Below, piece after piece: positions 13,435 through 26,400 of a stretch of DNA of 64,000 bases (position 1 is the stretch's first letter; each line of letters starts with the position of its first letter). The DNA is taken from assembly GCA_003971905.1 (NCBI GenBank), contig RSEE01000010.1:558001-622000 (forward strand), given 5' to 3'. Source of the stretch: Moniliella sp. 'wahieum' (Eukaryota). The translations under genes and the position numbers were made by a program. Under the pieces are notes generated by a model. It searched no databases, had not been told where the DNA came from, and was given only the letters and a program-made list of their open reading frames with translations.

Positions 13435-15340
13435 ATGTCCCACCTGACCCATCGCCTGTCCCGCGAGCTGCATCGCGTCGAGTCGGACCTAGCGCGCGAC
13501 TTTAGCCGCTCCGACGCCAGTTCCACTTCGCTCTCTGAGCCGCGCGGCCGCGACCCGCACCCGCTGCGCACGTCGACCAGCACGCCGTCGCTCGCGCACC
13601 ACCGCAGCCGCAGTCGCGACAGCATCTATTCCGGCCAGCAATCTCGTCGGGTGCACAGTCCTGATCCGCGGCTCAAGCCGCTTCGTCCGGCCATCCGTTT
13701 CCCGCCCGGGTTTGAGCTGGTCAACAACTCCTACACCCCGTCTGCCTCCGTGCTCGAGCTGGCCTCGTCCAGCTCCCATCCGACCGCCAACAGTTCCGCC
13801 GAGAACTTGGACCGGCCTTCGTCCCGGCTTTCCTCCCCGCCCGCCTCGCCCCGCGTCCCGCACGTCCAGGTCAATGGCACGGCGCCCGCCGAATCGTCGA
13901 CCAAGCGCCACCCGGCCTCGGTGCTAGCCAAGGTCGCCCGACCCTTATCTCCCAACCCGCCCGGCGCGACCCCCATCTCGCCCATCCACGAAGAAGGCGC
14001 ATCGGGCGAAGCCGAGACGCCAACGGCGCCCAAGCAAGTCGCTTTTGAAGTCGCACCAGGCTGGGCCCAGCGCTCGCCTGGGTCCAACGCACCCAGCGGG
14101 TCGCACCCGCCGTCGGCGGCGCCGGCGCCAGCGCCCACCGCCTCTTCGGCGCCTAGCTCGGCACAGGCGGAGATCCCGACTACCAAGAAAGAGGGTGCGG
14201 AGGCGGACGAGGCGGATCCGCCCGTCTCCCCCCATCGGGCCTCGGTCGAGGGCGAGGGCGAGGGCGAGGTCCCCGATGGGGGGGTGGAGGACAAGGAGGA
14301 GGAACAAGAGGGGCCAGGGCGGCAACGGAGCTTACTGAATCGATGGCGAAACCGGGCGCCGCCCTCGACCTCGAACGCGCCGGATGTACAAGAGCAGGAG
14401 GACAAGGGTGAGTCGGGCGGGCCGAACGTACTGCGGCGAGCGAGCAGTCTGTTGCGCCCCAACTTCAAGTCGGCTGCGCGGAGGCCGGACTGGATGAGCA
14501 AACGATGGCGGCCATGCGTCGGCGGTGGACCAAGTCGGTTGGATTTGATACCATGCCAGATGCGCTGGACACGGTGAGCGAGTCGTTTACCTTTACGCTG
14601 CAGGCCAAGACCAAGGGCTACGAGCGGAGCAAGAACACGCGCATCTTTATGTGTGCGGTGGACAACAATTTGTATTCCGAAACGGCGCTGGCTTGGTGCA
14701 TGGAACAGTTGGTCGAGGACGGCGACGAGCTGGTCGCGATCCGCGTGGTGGAGGGCGAGAAGGAGGAGTTGGACCAAGATTTGATTCGCGAGCAAGCTCA
14801 TGACTTGCTCGCCCAAATTGCCGAGATGAACGATGAAGTGCCCGGTCGCAAGGTGAGTACATGCTGCCCTTGGCAGTGCCCGTGCGCTGGGTCTTGACAC
14901 TACGAGCTGCAAGCTAACTTTCGCACCTGCGATTCTTTTTCTTTTCTTTCCCCCCTAGATTTCGATCATTGTCGAGTTTGTCCATGGCCGCCCTACCTCG
15001 ACGATCTTGCGCGTGATCCAAGTGTACCGACCCAACAGTCTCACCATCGGCACGCGGGGCAAGACGGCCAACCCACTGCAGAAGCTGCTGGGGGGTGCGC
15101 GCCATCATTGGCCACGTTTCGCGTGACATTCTGCAGCGCTCGCCCGTGCCGGTGGTGGTGGTGCGACCGGAAGCCAAGGTGCGCAAGCATCTCAACAAAC
15201 GGCTCAAGGACCCGTCCCGGCGCGCGTACCGCAACCTAGTCTGCGACGATATCGACGGCCCCAAAACACCTGACCTGGCGCTTTCCTCGGGCCGGTCGGG
15301 CTCGCTGGTGCGATCCCAGACGAGCCAGACGTGCACTTGA
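13435..15340 (+). CDS. Universal stress protein (Usp)-domain protein with long disordered N-terminus; intron 14853-14958; indels
   Basis: SVGFDTM..FTFTLQAKTKGYERSKNTRIFMCAVDNNLYSETALAWCMEQLVEDGDELVAIRVV..LTIGTRG..IGHVSRDILQRSPVPVVVVRP is the typical fungal Usp domain. Confidence 0.85.
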
Positions 15341-15597
15341 GCCTGAGTTGGAGCTGCCTACTTTGTGTGCTAACCTATTTTTTGCTGAGACCCTCGGGTG
15401 GGCTGTCGCCCATGGATGGCCCTGCGTGTACTACTACGCTTGCACGCTCCACCGCGTTGCAACGAGAATGCCCACTTTTGTGCTACGAAGGAGGGACGGA
15501 AGGGGGAGCCATACATTCGCGTAGCTAGGAAGGAAGGAAGTATTGGTACAAGGCGCGCGCCGACAGAGTTCCAGCGGGCAAGAAAGCGTCGACATGC

Positions 15598-15840
15598 CTA
15601 GGCTGCAGTGGCCGCGTTGTTCTTCGGGTTGGCCGGGTGGCTCTTCCAGCTCTCGGCGACCTGCTTGAACGCGTCCTTGTGGCTCAGGTCCGGGTGCTGG
15701 GCCTTGACCTTGGGCAGCTCGGCCTTCATGAAGAGGTTGTAGGCCGAAGGCGGGCGTTTGGGTGCGGCAGCACCGCCGGCTGCGGTAGCGCTGCTGCGCT
15801 TCTTGGTGGCGGTCGAGTCGGACTTGGCGGGGCGGGCCAT
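15598..15840 (-). CDS. Small (80 aa) HMG-box-like/YABBY C-terminal-like DNA-binding protein
   Basis: KRPPSAYNLFMKAELPKVKAQHPDLSHKDAFKQVAESWK matches the YABBY/HMG-like motif (PSAYN.F.K.E..R.KA..P.ISH.EAF...A.NW). Kozak CCGCCACCATG; TATAAA at 16042-16037. Confidence 0.85.
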   Translation of the reverse strand: MARPAKSDSTATKKRSSATAAGGAAAPKRPPSAYNLFMKAELPKVKAQHPDLSHKDAFKQVAESWKSHPANPKNNAATAA

Positions 15841-18367
15841 GGTGGCGGGAGTGGTGGCGGGAGCGAGGAAGCTGGTGGAAAGGGGACGGGGGAGGGTTAG
15901 TGCGTGTGCCGGCAGAGAGGCAGGGCTGGGGCTGGGGCTGGGGGAGGGCACGTACCGAGTACGGAGCGGGGGGGGGTGTGGTGGGTGGATGGGGTGGGGG
16001 GTGGGGGGACGAGGGACGCGTCGGGGAGGCGCGTTCTTTATAGGCGGCTATATGCTGGCGAGGCGGGTCGCAATAGTGCCAGCGCGCCACGATGGGGCTG
16101 GGTGGGGGGTGGGGCGCAGGGGCAGTGTGCCGTGGGCCAGTCTGGTGGGAGGCGACGCAGTGTGTGTACTGCGGCCAAGTCCCCCGTTATAGCGACTCGC
16201 CGAGCGCGCCAGAATCGAGGGGCTGGACTGCGGCCGGCTGCAGGCGGCTGCAGTAGCGTGCATTGAATATTGAATGCTGAATAGGCGGGCGACGCAGGTG
16301 CTATGCTAGTGCTAGTGCTGCTAGTACGTGGGGCATCGCGCAAGGCAGCAGCCACTGCGATGTGCTGCTGGGCGGCGGCGACTAGGTAAGCAAGCGCTAT
16401 CGAGGCGGGGGGCACTGTGTATAATGGGCGTGTGCGTGGGTCGGCCTGCAAGGAGCACCGATGGCTGCCCACTAGCCATGCTCTGCAGAGCGCTCTACGC
16501 CAGCCTGCGCCCGCCCACACAGCCATGCTGCCCGCCGCCTGCTACCTATTGCCCCCATCAAATCTTGGGCATCGCTAGTACTAGTAGCCGCTGACGCTGA
16601 GGTCAGCGTCAGTGCTGAGGCTGGGCCTGACGCTCCGCCTGCGCCCGCATTAAGCGCATTCTGCCTTGGGCTCCTAGTGCAGCCGGGCGCCACGCAGCAC
16701 CAGTGTCAGTGTGCCCCCACCGAGCGACATGGCCTACGCACTGGCCTGCTGTGCATGCATGCTGCCACGCCATGCACTGCTGATTCGGATTCGTGCCAAC
16801 GCACCAACGGCCTTTCCGTGGCTCTCGACTACTGGCACGCCCAGCAGCCCAACAAGACACGGCCCCATGCTTGCGCCATATGCATAAGCACTTCTCCTAT
16901 CTACCCACCATCGGCCATCGGCAATCTCCTATCGCCACCATGAAACCTTTCAAAAGCGTTGGCCTCACTTTGAAATTGCATTCTACAGCGCGGTCGTTGT
17001 CACACGTGACACATGGCACGTGACACGCGCCTTCGCGTCCAGCCCCACCCCTCTCCTCCGCCTTTCCCCGCTGCCATCAAACCGACTCTGCATCCGCCCA
17101 GTGCTGACTCCAGTGGATTGCATCCAGCGCCGCCGACACGAGGGGAGGCACAATATCAATGATTAATGACCCCGGGATGCTGTCTTATGTGCAGCAGCGC
17201 CACCAGTGTGCTCCTGCCTTGTGGTACGATGCCTTGACGTATAATAGCCGTCCTCAACATGAGGCAGCCCCCCCCCCATTGGTCCTGTGCTCTGTGGCCC
17301 CTATTACTACCCACACAGACAGCCCCCTGGCCATCTCACAGTCGAAACGCCCAAGTTCAAGCTGGTCATCATGAGTTTTCGTCTGCGCCCCTAGCCACCA
17401 TCTGCAAGGAAGCGCTGGTGGACTCTGCTGGAGAAGTTGGGGACAATATGATATGCTGCAAGTGCCGCTCCACATTGTTGTTGTTACGAATTGGCGTGTT
17501 CTGATTGAGCTCCCACGTCATGGCTTCAAGCGTCACGCTTGACAGGCGGTAAACGTTTGCTTTTCCGCATCTCAACCGACTCCCTGTCACCCCAACTCGT
17601 GTGGGTCTTCGGAGGGAGAGAGCCAAACCAAAAGAAATGCATTTCCCATCCTCCGCTGACCCAATCCGTACAAGTGCTCTCTCTTCTTCCCCCGCGTGCC
17701 GCCTCTGTCCACTGTTGGTGAGTAAGGCAACGTAAGAGTGCCATGTCCCTCTCCCACCATTCCAGTTGGGCTGTACAGTGTTCGCCATCTCGCCCTCGCC
17801 TACTATTTGCCAGCTTCCACGGTCATCAAAGTCTGCTAACACCCGGGTTTCTTCCAGACTTGATAGTGGTGGAAGATGGGCCGTTGTATTGATGGGGTTC
17901 GGACCGGATTCCTGTCTCGGTATGGGCATTGTGGCTCTCCGCCGATTCCGTCAGCAGCAGGGCGAAGTTGAGCGCCTCTGAAATGGACAAAGGTGCCCTA
18001 CTCTGGCCATGCATAATTCAGTACTCAGTACTCCCTATACAGCACGCAAGGGTAGGCTCAACACGCACTAACCACGTCACAAACCACTACCACCGAGCCT
18101 AGCCATCGTGTACGACTTTCTGCCAATACGCGTACCTTTTGGGTGCGTTTTTGACAGGCTGCTCTGTACCAATCCTATACTACCAACCAGTCAACATGGA
18201 TCCAAGTGGTATGAGGTCTGTCGGATGAGGTCGTGCTCCAGACTAATTTTGGATGCAGTTGCTTCATTGGTGTTTCCGTCATTGGGGAGGGGGCAGGTAA
18301 GAAAGCCGCCTCCCCATCCAAGTAGGCCGTAGCCGCCCCCCAGTCCCCAGGTGCCTGGGCACGCGAC

Positions 18368-19014
18368 TTAGTGGGGGTAGCTCGAACAAAGCCCTTGCCC
18401 TTGTAGCCCTCCGACGAAGGACCCGTGATTGGGTCGTTCTTCTCCTTGATCGCACGCTCGTTCATAGCCTCCTGCCACTCCGTCTTCCACGACTCGGGAC
18501 GGTCCTTGGCACCTGCATCCAATCGGGGTCAATTTCGTTGCTCTGACCACGACGAAATCCCAAGCAAAAGAAAAATACGTACCTCCCACAGCCTGGATCG
18601 ACATTGTCATGGCTACACCAGCAAGGCAAGCGAGAATGGTGCCAATGAGCACCTTGATTTGCGTCCCAGGCGGTTCAAGCTTCCGAGGTCCGTACGGCCC
18701 GTACGAAATAAAGTAGGCAGCGCGCTTCTCGGCCAGGGACAGTTCGTTCCAGTCCTTCTTCATAATGTCTTCCAACAGCACCCACGTGCCAATCTGCTCC
18801 GGCTTGGACAAGGTCTTCCACTTGCCCTCCAGGTCGGGCAGAGTCTTGTCCAGGCTGAGCGAGTTGGTCTTGACCAACGCATGGGCATTGTGCCAGTCGT
18901 CCTCGTTCCAGCGCTCGGCGGCCGAGACCATGCCACGGCGGGGCACAGCAGTAACAGAGCGCGCAAAAGTGTGGGCGCCGCACGGAGAACAGAAGGGGTG
19001 CGCGTAACGAGCAT
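18368..19014 (-). CDS. COX5: Cytochrome c oxidase subunit IV family (fungal Cox5); intron ~18513-18582; 3' end uncertain
   Basis: LPDLEGKWKTL..KKDWNELSLAEKRAAYFISYGPYGPR..TM..EWQEAMNERAIKEKNDPITGPSSEGYKGKGFV; Arg/Leu-rich presequence MLVTRTPSVLRAAP. Confidence 0.9.
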
Positions 19015-20485
19015 GGCGAAAAAGGGCGGTGGAGGAGAAGAAAGAGCTCGGGAGCCAGTCCGGCCGGCTCGGGGCTGGCGTTGGCCCTGGGCAACCAGAC
19101 GGCCGAGCTGGTGAGGCCGCACGGCGCCAGTGTGGGGCGTCCCGGAACCGGGGCCGCACGGGGGCAGACTAACGCCCGCTTACAAACGCGGTTTTGAAGG
19201 GTGGTTCGATTATTTTGCAAATGCATTTGAAATTGCAGCTCCCGGCTTTGCACCGATTTCCCCGGCCCCACGGCAGGACGATGCATGATGTGCATGATGC
19301 ATGAATCAGGATGCAAGATGCGGATCGACGCTGGGCCCGGGATGAAAGATCGATGAAATTGCAATCTGACAAGGAAGGGTGGCTAGTGACTAGTGAGTAC
19401 GCGGTCTTAGACGGTCTTAGATCTTAGATCTTACCGAGTACCACCTACGCGCGCGCCACCATCAGCGTTGGGAGTGCGTGGAGCCTCGAACACGCTTCAA
19501 GCTTCAAGCTTCCAGCTTCAAGTGCAAGCCTGTTCAAGCTTCCGAAACGTGAAGCTAATCAAGCCACACACCGTCGCAACAAATTGCCAGCGCCAATGGG
19601 TCTTCGTATTGGCCATCCGGCGTAGATCCAATCTCCAGCCACCAACATCCGCCGAATCCATCGTAGTAGCCCATTGTCTAGCGCCCCTACATCAAGAGTG
19701 ACGTCACCGGTCGCCCCACCTCGCTCGGCACGTGGCCCGCGTAACGCGTAACACGCGTTCTTTCCTTGAACCCACACCGGCACCCACCTGAAGATGCGTG
19801 CCTTTTTAATATCTTCTCACCCGGGCGCGGTGGATACGGGATGCAGCTTCTTCTCGACGCCCTACTACACAGAACCCAAGACTGGGATGGCGGGCATCGC
19901 TCCGTCCGTCAGGTGCATCAGCGCAGGTGCGCACCAACTGCCCCGCGGGACTGGCTGGCCATCGTGGTGGAGAATGCTGCTGCGGCTGGTGCGGGGGTTA
20001 GGTTATCGGTGATGTGCATGATGTGGCGGCGGGGGCGGGAGGATGGAGTGAACACTGAGTATGAGTCCTGACACGTGTTGCGCCTGGGCTCACGCTGAGC
20101 TCAGCGTAGGTTCGCGTGGGCCCGATCAGCGCAGCCCCCGCGCAGTGACATCACCACATCACGTGCTGGTGTGATGCGACACGCCCCACCTGCTGCGGGC
20201 GCGCGGGGGCAGTGCGCCCCAGCGGAAGCCCACACTGCCCCTGGGCGGCGCGCGCGCTCGCCGCCCCGCCGTGCAGGCCGCGCCGCCCAGGCAGCCCGCC
20301 AACAGAGCGACACCAGCACCCGCCGCTCACCGCCTCGCCCGCCCTCGCCACCACCACCACCACCGCCTCCGGAGCCCCTCGGCACCCCGCATCCGCTCCT
20401 GTGCCTCCTGCGCCTCCTGCCCCCCCCTCCCCGCCCCCACGTTCATGTCTGTTTCCACGGTCCCCGCCCCTGCGCAGCCTGCCGC

Positions 20486-23400
20486 ATGAAGTCCCTCTTT
20501 GACCGCCGCCGCCCGCGAGCCACCGCGTCCGGCCCCGGCCCCGCCCACGACCAACTCGACGCGGAGCCCCCATCGCCCCCCCCCGTCGCCCCCTCCACCT
20601 CCTCCTCCTCGCTCTTTTCCCGCTCCCGTCCCCGCCCCTCTGCCCACACAGTCCACGACATCTCCCACCCGACCCTCACCGGCCACACGGGCTTCTCCCC
20701 CGACTCCGTCCTGTATGGTAACCTTACTGTACGTCCCCTCTCCTTTCCTCCCACCTCCTTGGCCCATCCAGAGCGCAACGCACTAACCGGTCTCTTCCCC
20801 AGCCCATCTCTCCTGCCGCTGGGACCACCTCGCTCCCACCAGAGGGGGATTGGGCAGCGCGCTATGCCATGCACCCTTCCTCACGCACTTCGGCCGGATC
20901 CTCGTCGCAAACGCTGACTGCGTCTTCCTTTGGGTTTGGTCACCCCGCCCACCAGCGGATCGGATCTCAGTCGTCGTCTGTCTTTAGCGCCGCCACTACC
21001 GCCAACCAGACCAACACCCCTCCCCCTTTCCACATGGCCTCCTCCTCAAGCACCGAGGGGTACCCGCCATTCCTACCCCCAGGCCCCAATGGCCGAGGAC
21101 AGGGCCTGAGTGGACTGGCCAGCTACCCCTCTCGTGCCCCAACCTCCTCTGCATTTTCCCACTCTTCTTCAATGCCCTTGGGCCTGCCCCTGTCCAACGG
21201 AACGCCCCCCTCTGCTCATCCCATGGTGGCGAGTGGGAGCAACCCGCTCCTACACAGTCCCTCAGCGGCCGCGCAGATGCCGCCCGTGCCATTGTCTTCT
21301 TCCGCCACCCCGATCGGATTGGGCCCATTCCCACCCATGTCGAGCGGTGCGTCGATGGGTGGTGCGCCTGCCAGCTCGTCGCTCTCGGCCTCTCACATCA
21401 CGCCGATCACCTCTCTTTCCTCCGACTCTGACCCTCCCACCCTAAGGGCCAAGTCCAAGCGAAACACCTTCCCGGCCTTCTTTTTCCAGTCCTTCTGGCC
21501 GCCGATCCATGGAGCCCAGCTCATCCAACCCAAACCGACCTTATGCGCCTCCTCCCCGGGCTGGAAGCAGCGGGTCCGGTCCCTTGCCCGCTCTAGCGGC
21601 CATGAAGGACTCGGTCATTCGTTCTGCCCCAGCCGAGTTTCATATGGAACGTCCGGACGATGAAGCGGTGGAGCGCATGTTTGAGGAGTTGGTACAGAAA
21701 CTGGATCTGCTGGAAGGCGGACAACGCGCTTCGACCAGCCAGAACATGATGGCCATGAGCACCGATAACAAGTGGACGCTCGTATACAACGATCGGCTGA
21801 CCGAGTGGCACGCGGCCCGCACGCGTCGCCATGCCGCGCCAACTCCCACGTTGCATACGCCTGGTAAAGGCCACCATGGTCAAGGTGCTGGCTTGAGCAC
21901 GCGATCCTCCCCTGAATGGTTCATTCGCCGCCATTGATGGCAAAGTGACCGTGACCGACCTGGAAGCGTTGGCAGTGACCCTGCGCACGTGCGCGATGGG
22001 GTGGATCGAGGAGTTTGTTCATGCGGAAGGAACTTCGACGTTGGGCAACCTGCTCACTACGCTCCACCAAAAGCAACTCAAGTCCGAAGCCGACATTCGG
22101 CTTGAGTTTGGCGTGCTCAAGGCCTTCCGTGCGCTTTTTAACTCGCGCCCAGGTGCCAATGATGCGCTTCGGCAACCCAAGTGCGTGTCGAGCATTGTCG
22201 CCTCCACCACCTCGGGCCATCTTCCCACCCGTCGCCAGGTAGCCGACATTTTGCTGTTCCTGTGTCATTGGGCAAAGCCCCAGGGGCAGCAACTTGTCTT
22301 GCGTGGATTTGATGATCTGCGCCAGAGCGAGGGTACGCATGGCCGGTTTGATGCGTGGATGACTGTGCTGGAACGCACGATCGATGGGCGGGGCAAGATG
22401 GGAAGCCTGGTGGGTGCGTCGCATGAGCTGCTCGATCTAGGTACTGGGTCGCACGAAACGACGCTCAACGAGTATGCGGTCAACACGATGTTTCTCATCA
22501 ACGCCATTCTCCATCCCGGCATCGCGCCCGACTACCAAGTGCGCGTGCATCTGCGCAACCAGCTCGATGCGTCCGGTCTGCAACGGATCATCATCAAGCT
22601 GCGCGCGTTCAAGTACCCCGACCTGGACCAACAGATCGAGGTGTTTGAAGCGGGTGCAGCCGCTGACCTCGAGGAGCTGAACGAGAGCTGTGAAGGCGGG
22701 CTGCTTGATGGCGGCGACTTGTCGGACCCAGTGGACGTATTCAAGGCGATCGTGACCAAGGTGGACGGTTCCCGAGCCTATGACTTTTTCCTCTCTTCCC
22801 TTCAGCATCTCCTGCTGATCCAACAGGACCCAGAGGCCTTGGCTACGCGCTTCCAGCTCATCGATTCCCTCGTGACCGCTGTCGCGATGGACGAAAAGGG
22901 CGAGTTTCTTCGTGGCCAGGATTTTGCTTCGACGATCGGGATGAGCGTCAACAAGCTGGTGCAGCAGTTTGAGGACCAAGGCCAGTTGGAAGTGCTGCGT
23001 GCGGAGCGGAATGAGCTGCAAGCCCAACTGAACGAGGCCGAATCGTTCAAGAAGGACTTGCAAGTGCAGCTCAAGGTGGCTTCTCAACGCCTCACCCGCC
23101 TCTCCCAGTGCACCTCAACCCAGCCCCCGCAGGAGGCAAAGGATGCTCGCTGTACCCTCCTCAGGCTCTGCACCCGACGAACGAGCAAAGGCGCTCGATG
23201 GCGGATACCAACGACCTCGATCTGGCCGAGGCGGATCAGTCCCTGGCTCAAGAGACGGTCGAGCTCGAGTCGGAGCTGGCTCAGCTGCGGAGGCGAGTGG
23301 CGCAATTGGAGGCCGACTTGGCCTTAGCAAGGGAGAACAAGGATGCGATTGAGATGGAGGCGGCGCAGATCCATGCAGGCTTCCTGGATCGGTGTGCGCA

Positions 23401-26400
23401 CTTGGAATTGCAGCTAATGGAAGCGCAGCAGCTCATGCACCAGGCTCATCTCCATAGCGCCGAGGATGACGGCCGCGAAGAGACCCCCGTCTTGATCGAA
23501 AAAATGGAGGCTGCACTGCGCAAACAAGTGGAGCGCGTCCGGACCGAGAAGATCCTCACTTCCAAACAACGAGGCCATCGCGGTACGGGTGCCGGCTCGG
23601 GCTCAGGCTCGGCTCAGGCTCCATCGGCGGCTCAGGTTCTCTGGCCGGGTTGGGATCTGGCTCCTTGCCGGCCCACGAGGTGGATGGCGCACAGCCGGCA
23701 CCTCTCCCTCCCCTGTCAACGGCACGAAGGACCTGGAGGCGCTCGGGATTCGCCTCCAGCCGATGGCGGAGGAAAGTGAGCTGGAGGCGCGGCAGGGTCG
23801 AGATGACACGAGCGACGATGGTGCCGCCGGGCTGGGCGCCGCTGCGCTGCTCACGCCCTCGTCAGAGGGACACCGGACGCTGGGTCAGGACGTTGAGACG
23901 GACGACGATGCCCTGCCGCCGCAGCAGGTCCGTGCCCAGATCGAGGCGGTGTTGGCGCGCCAGCTGGCCTCGAACGCGGACATGGGCTCGCGCATGGCGG
24001 ACACACGCGAAACTCGGATGAAGGCGCGCCAACGTACCGAAGCTCGTGCGGATGGTGCGGCCGACAGGGCAGCAAGGGGTCCATCTGACGACGCCAGTCT
24101 GTCCGACCGCGAAGGCGAGGGCGAGGGCGAGTACGACACACCCACCGACCGCTCGTCGTTGTACGACGCGGAGGCGGCAGTTCACGTGGCAGTACCGGTG
24201 CAGCGACGCAAGCTGGATACGTCACCGGTGCTTTTCAGGGCATTCCCACCACCCGGGGCAGCTTCGGTACCTGCCTCTCGGCCCGCGCCAGGCTCTTCCT
24301 CTGAGGCGTGGCGCAAGTCGTGTCAAGTACAGCCGAAGCACCTGAACCAACGTCGGTACAAGGGCCGGGACCAGCACCAACAGCACCAGAACTACTGCCA
24401 GAAACAGCACCAGGACCTGCCTCTGTATCAGACCAGTCCCCTCTGTTCCTACTTCCGAGCGGGAGTTGGCGACTGCCGAAACCCCGGTTGCAATCGTCTC
24501 CAACGGAGATCTCTCGCCCGTATCGACGCTGAACGGGAGCTTGAAACGGTGCCAAAGTCTGATGAGGGAGAACAATCGCTGAGCGTTGCCAATCCGACCT
24601 GGTATGGAACGAGCTTCCATCAAGTTCGCACCAACCTTCACAGACGTCGTTCTTGTCTGCCCCCACCAACTCGAATCTCCCCGCTGCATCGGCCCAGGGC
24701 GCCCAGCTGTCTCCCCTAGCGGCCCAAACGGAGTCCGAGTCTCCCTCAGGCGCTCCAGCTTCCCTTTTGACCCCTTCACCCCCGCAGTGGTGCCGGGTTG
24801 AGGAACCAAGCTTCCTATGAACTCTTCTCTCTCTCGCCCCGATCCCAGACGATCGATGGCCTGTCTCCAGCGAGCCTGCCCGTACCGCTACCGGGGAGCT
24901 TGTCCAGTTCCATCCCGGAAGAGTATCATGTACCTGCACGCCTATCAGCGCCGCCGCCCACGGCCGCCATGTCCCAGCCCCCACCGGCCTCTACTCCCCC
25001 CTTCCAGATCGAAGGACGGGAGGCCGCCGTCCCCCATCGCTCTACTGGGGCGGACGCCCGTGTCCACGTGGAGCCTGCATCATCGCCATCGCTCGCGGTG
25101 GAGACAGCCATCCCGGCCCACCCATCTGGTCCGCCTGAGCGTGTTTCTGTTCCAGACGGAGGGCTTATTTCTTCGCCTCCCGTTCCTCTTTCACCTCACG
25201 CTTCTCAGTCTGCTGCTGGGTCGGTTCATGAGTCTGGGCTTGCATCTGCCCCTGGACTTGAACATGAACCTGATCCTCAGCTCACACCCACTCCTAAGCC
25301 TGACTTGACACATACGCCTAGGCCTGAGCCTACTCCTACGGATGAGTCTGAATCTGCCCTTGCCTTCGCTTCCCTGTCATCCTCATCACCCCCACCACCA
25401 CCACCACCACCACCCCGCCCCGCCTCCTCCTCCTCCTTCACAGCCACCCTCTTCTCTGAATACGGCAACTGATAGTGGAGATGCTCCTCCTCCGCCACCT
25501 CCCCCTCCCCCTCCTCCCCCACTTAACTTGGCATTGGGCCGGATTGGGGGAGTTGCCGGGCTCCGTCCATCGGCCAACTCAGCTCTGTTGCGTTCGTCTT
25601 CATCGCCTCACTCGGCCGTGGAGGGCTTCCGCGATTCAATGCTCAGTATGCGCACTTCGTACCTGGGCCCGCGTGGTATGGCTGGCCCTGCTGCGCCTCC
25701 CCCCCCGCCCGACTCGGCTCTGTTGCGGGAGATGCTGAAGCGGAAAGAGGTGGCAGAAATGGCGAGTGCGAGGATGAAACAGCTTCAGTGGGACAAGCTC
25801 TCTCTTGCCATGCAGCCGAGACGATTTGGGGACAAAACCAAGGCGCTGCGGTGGACGAGTTGGCGCTGGCACGAGCGCTCAAGATGTCGGGGATGTTTCA
25901 ACATATGGAGACTGACTTCCGCGCTCAGACGCACCTGCCAAAGAAGGGGTCGGGGCGGCCAAGAAGCCACGGGTCGAGTTGACCAGCCATCTTTCGCTCC
26001 AGACGCGACAGGGAATTGAACTGATTTTGCGCCGGGTCAAGTCTCGCATCACGGGCGGGAAGCATGCTACGCCCGAGGAAGTTGCGACGACATCATTCAC
26101 TGTCGTCCCTCGATTTTGGACCAGGGGTTCCTCTCGGAACTGTTGCGACACTACCCTGAGAGCGAGACCAAGGGTCAACTGGGTGAATATCGCAACGCGT
26201 CGAACGAGGAGTTGCTCCTGCTTCACCCGGCCGACCGATTGGTGGTGCTGCTGATGACGGTGCCTCACCTCAAGGAAAAAGTGCAGGGATTGCTCTTCTA
26301 CTCTCTCTCGCTACCGCGAAACGTACGACTTGATCGAGGCTGCCAGCTCCAAGATCCGAAACGGCGCGGAGCAGTTGATGCAGGCACCGCACTTTAACCG

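Noticed and set aside
18175..18370. About 60-aa C-terminal extension of Cox5 if read without a frame change
   Set aside because: The family normally ends just after GKGFV, and a TAA lies at 18368 in another frame; probably another indel error.
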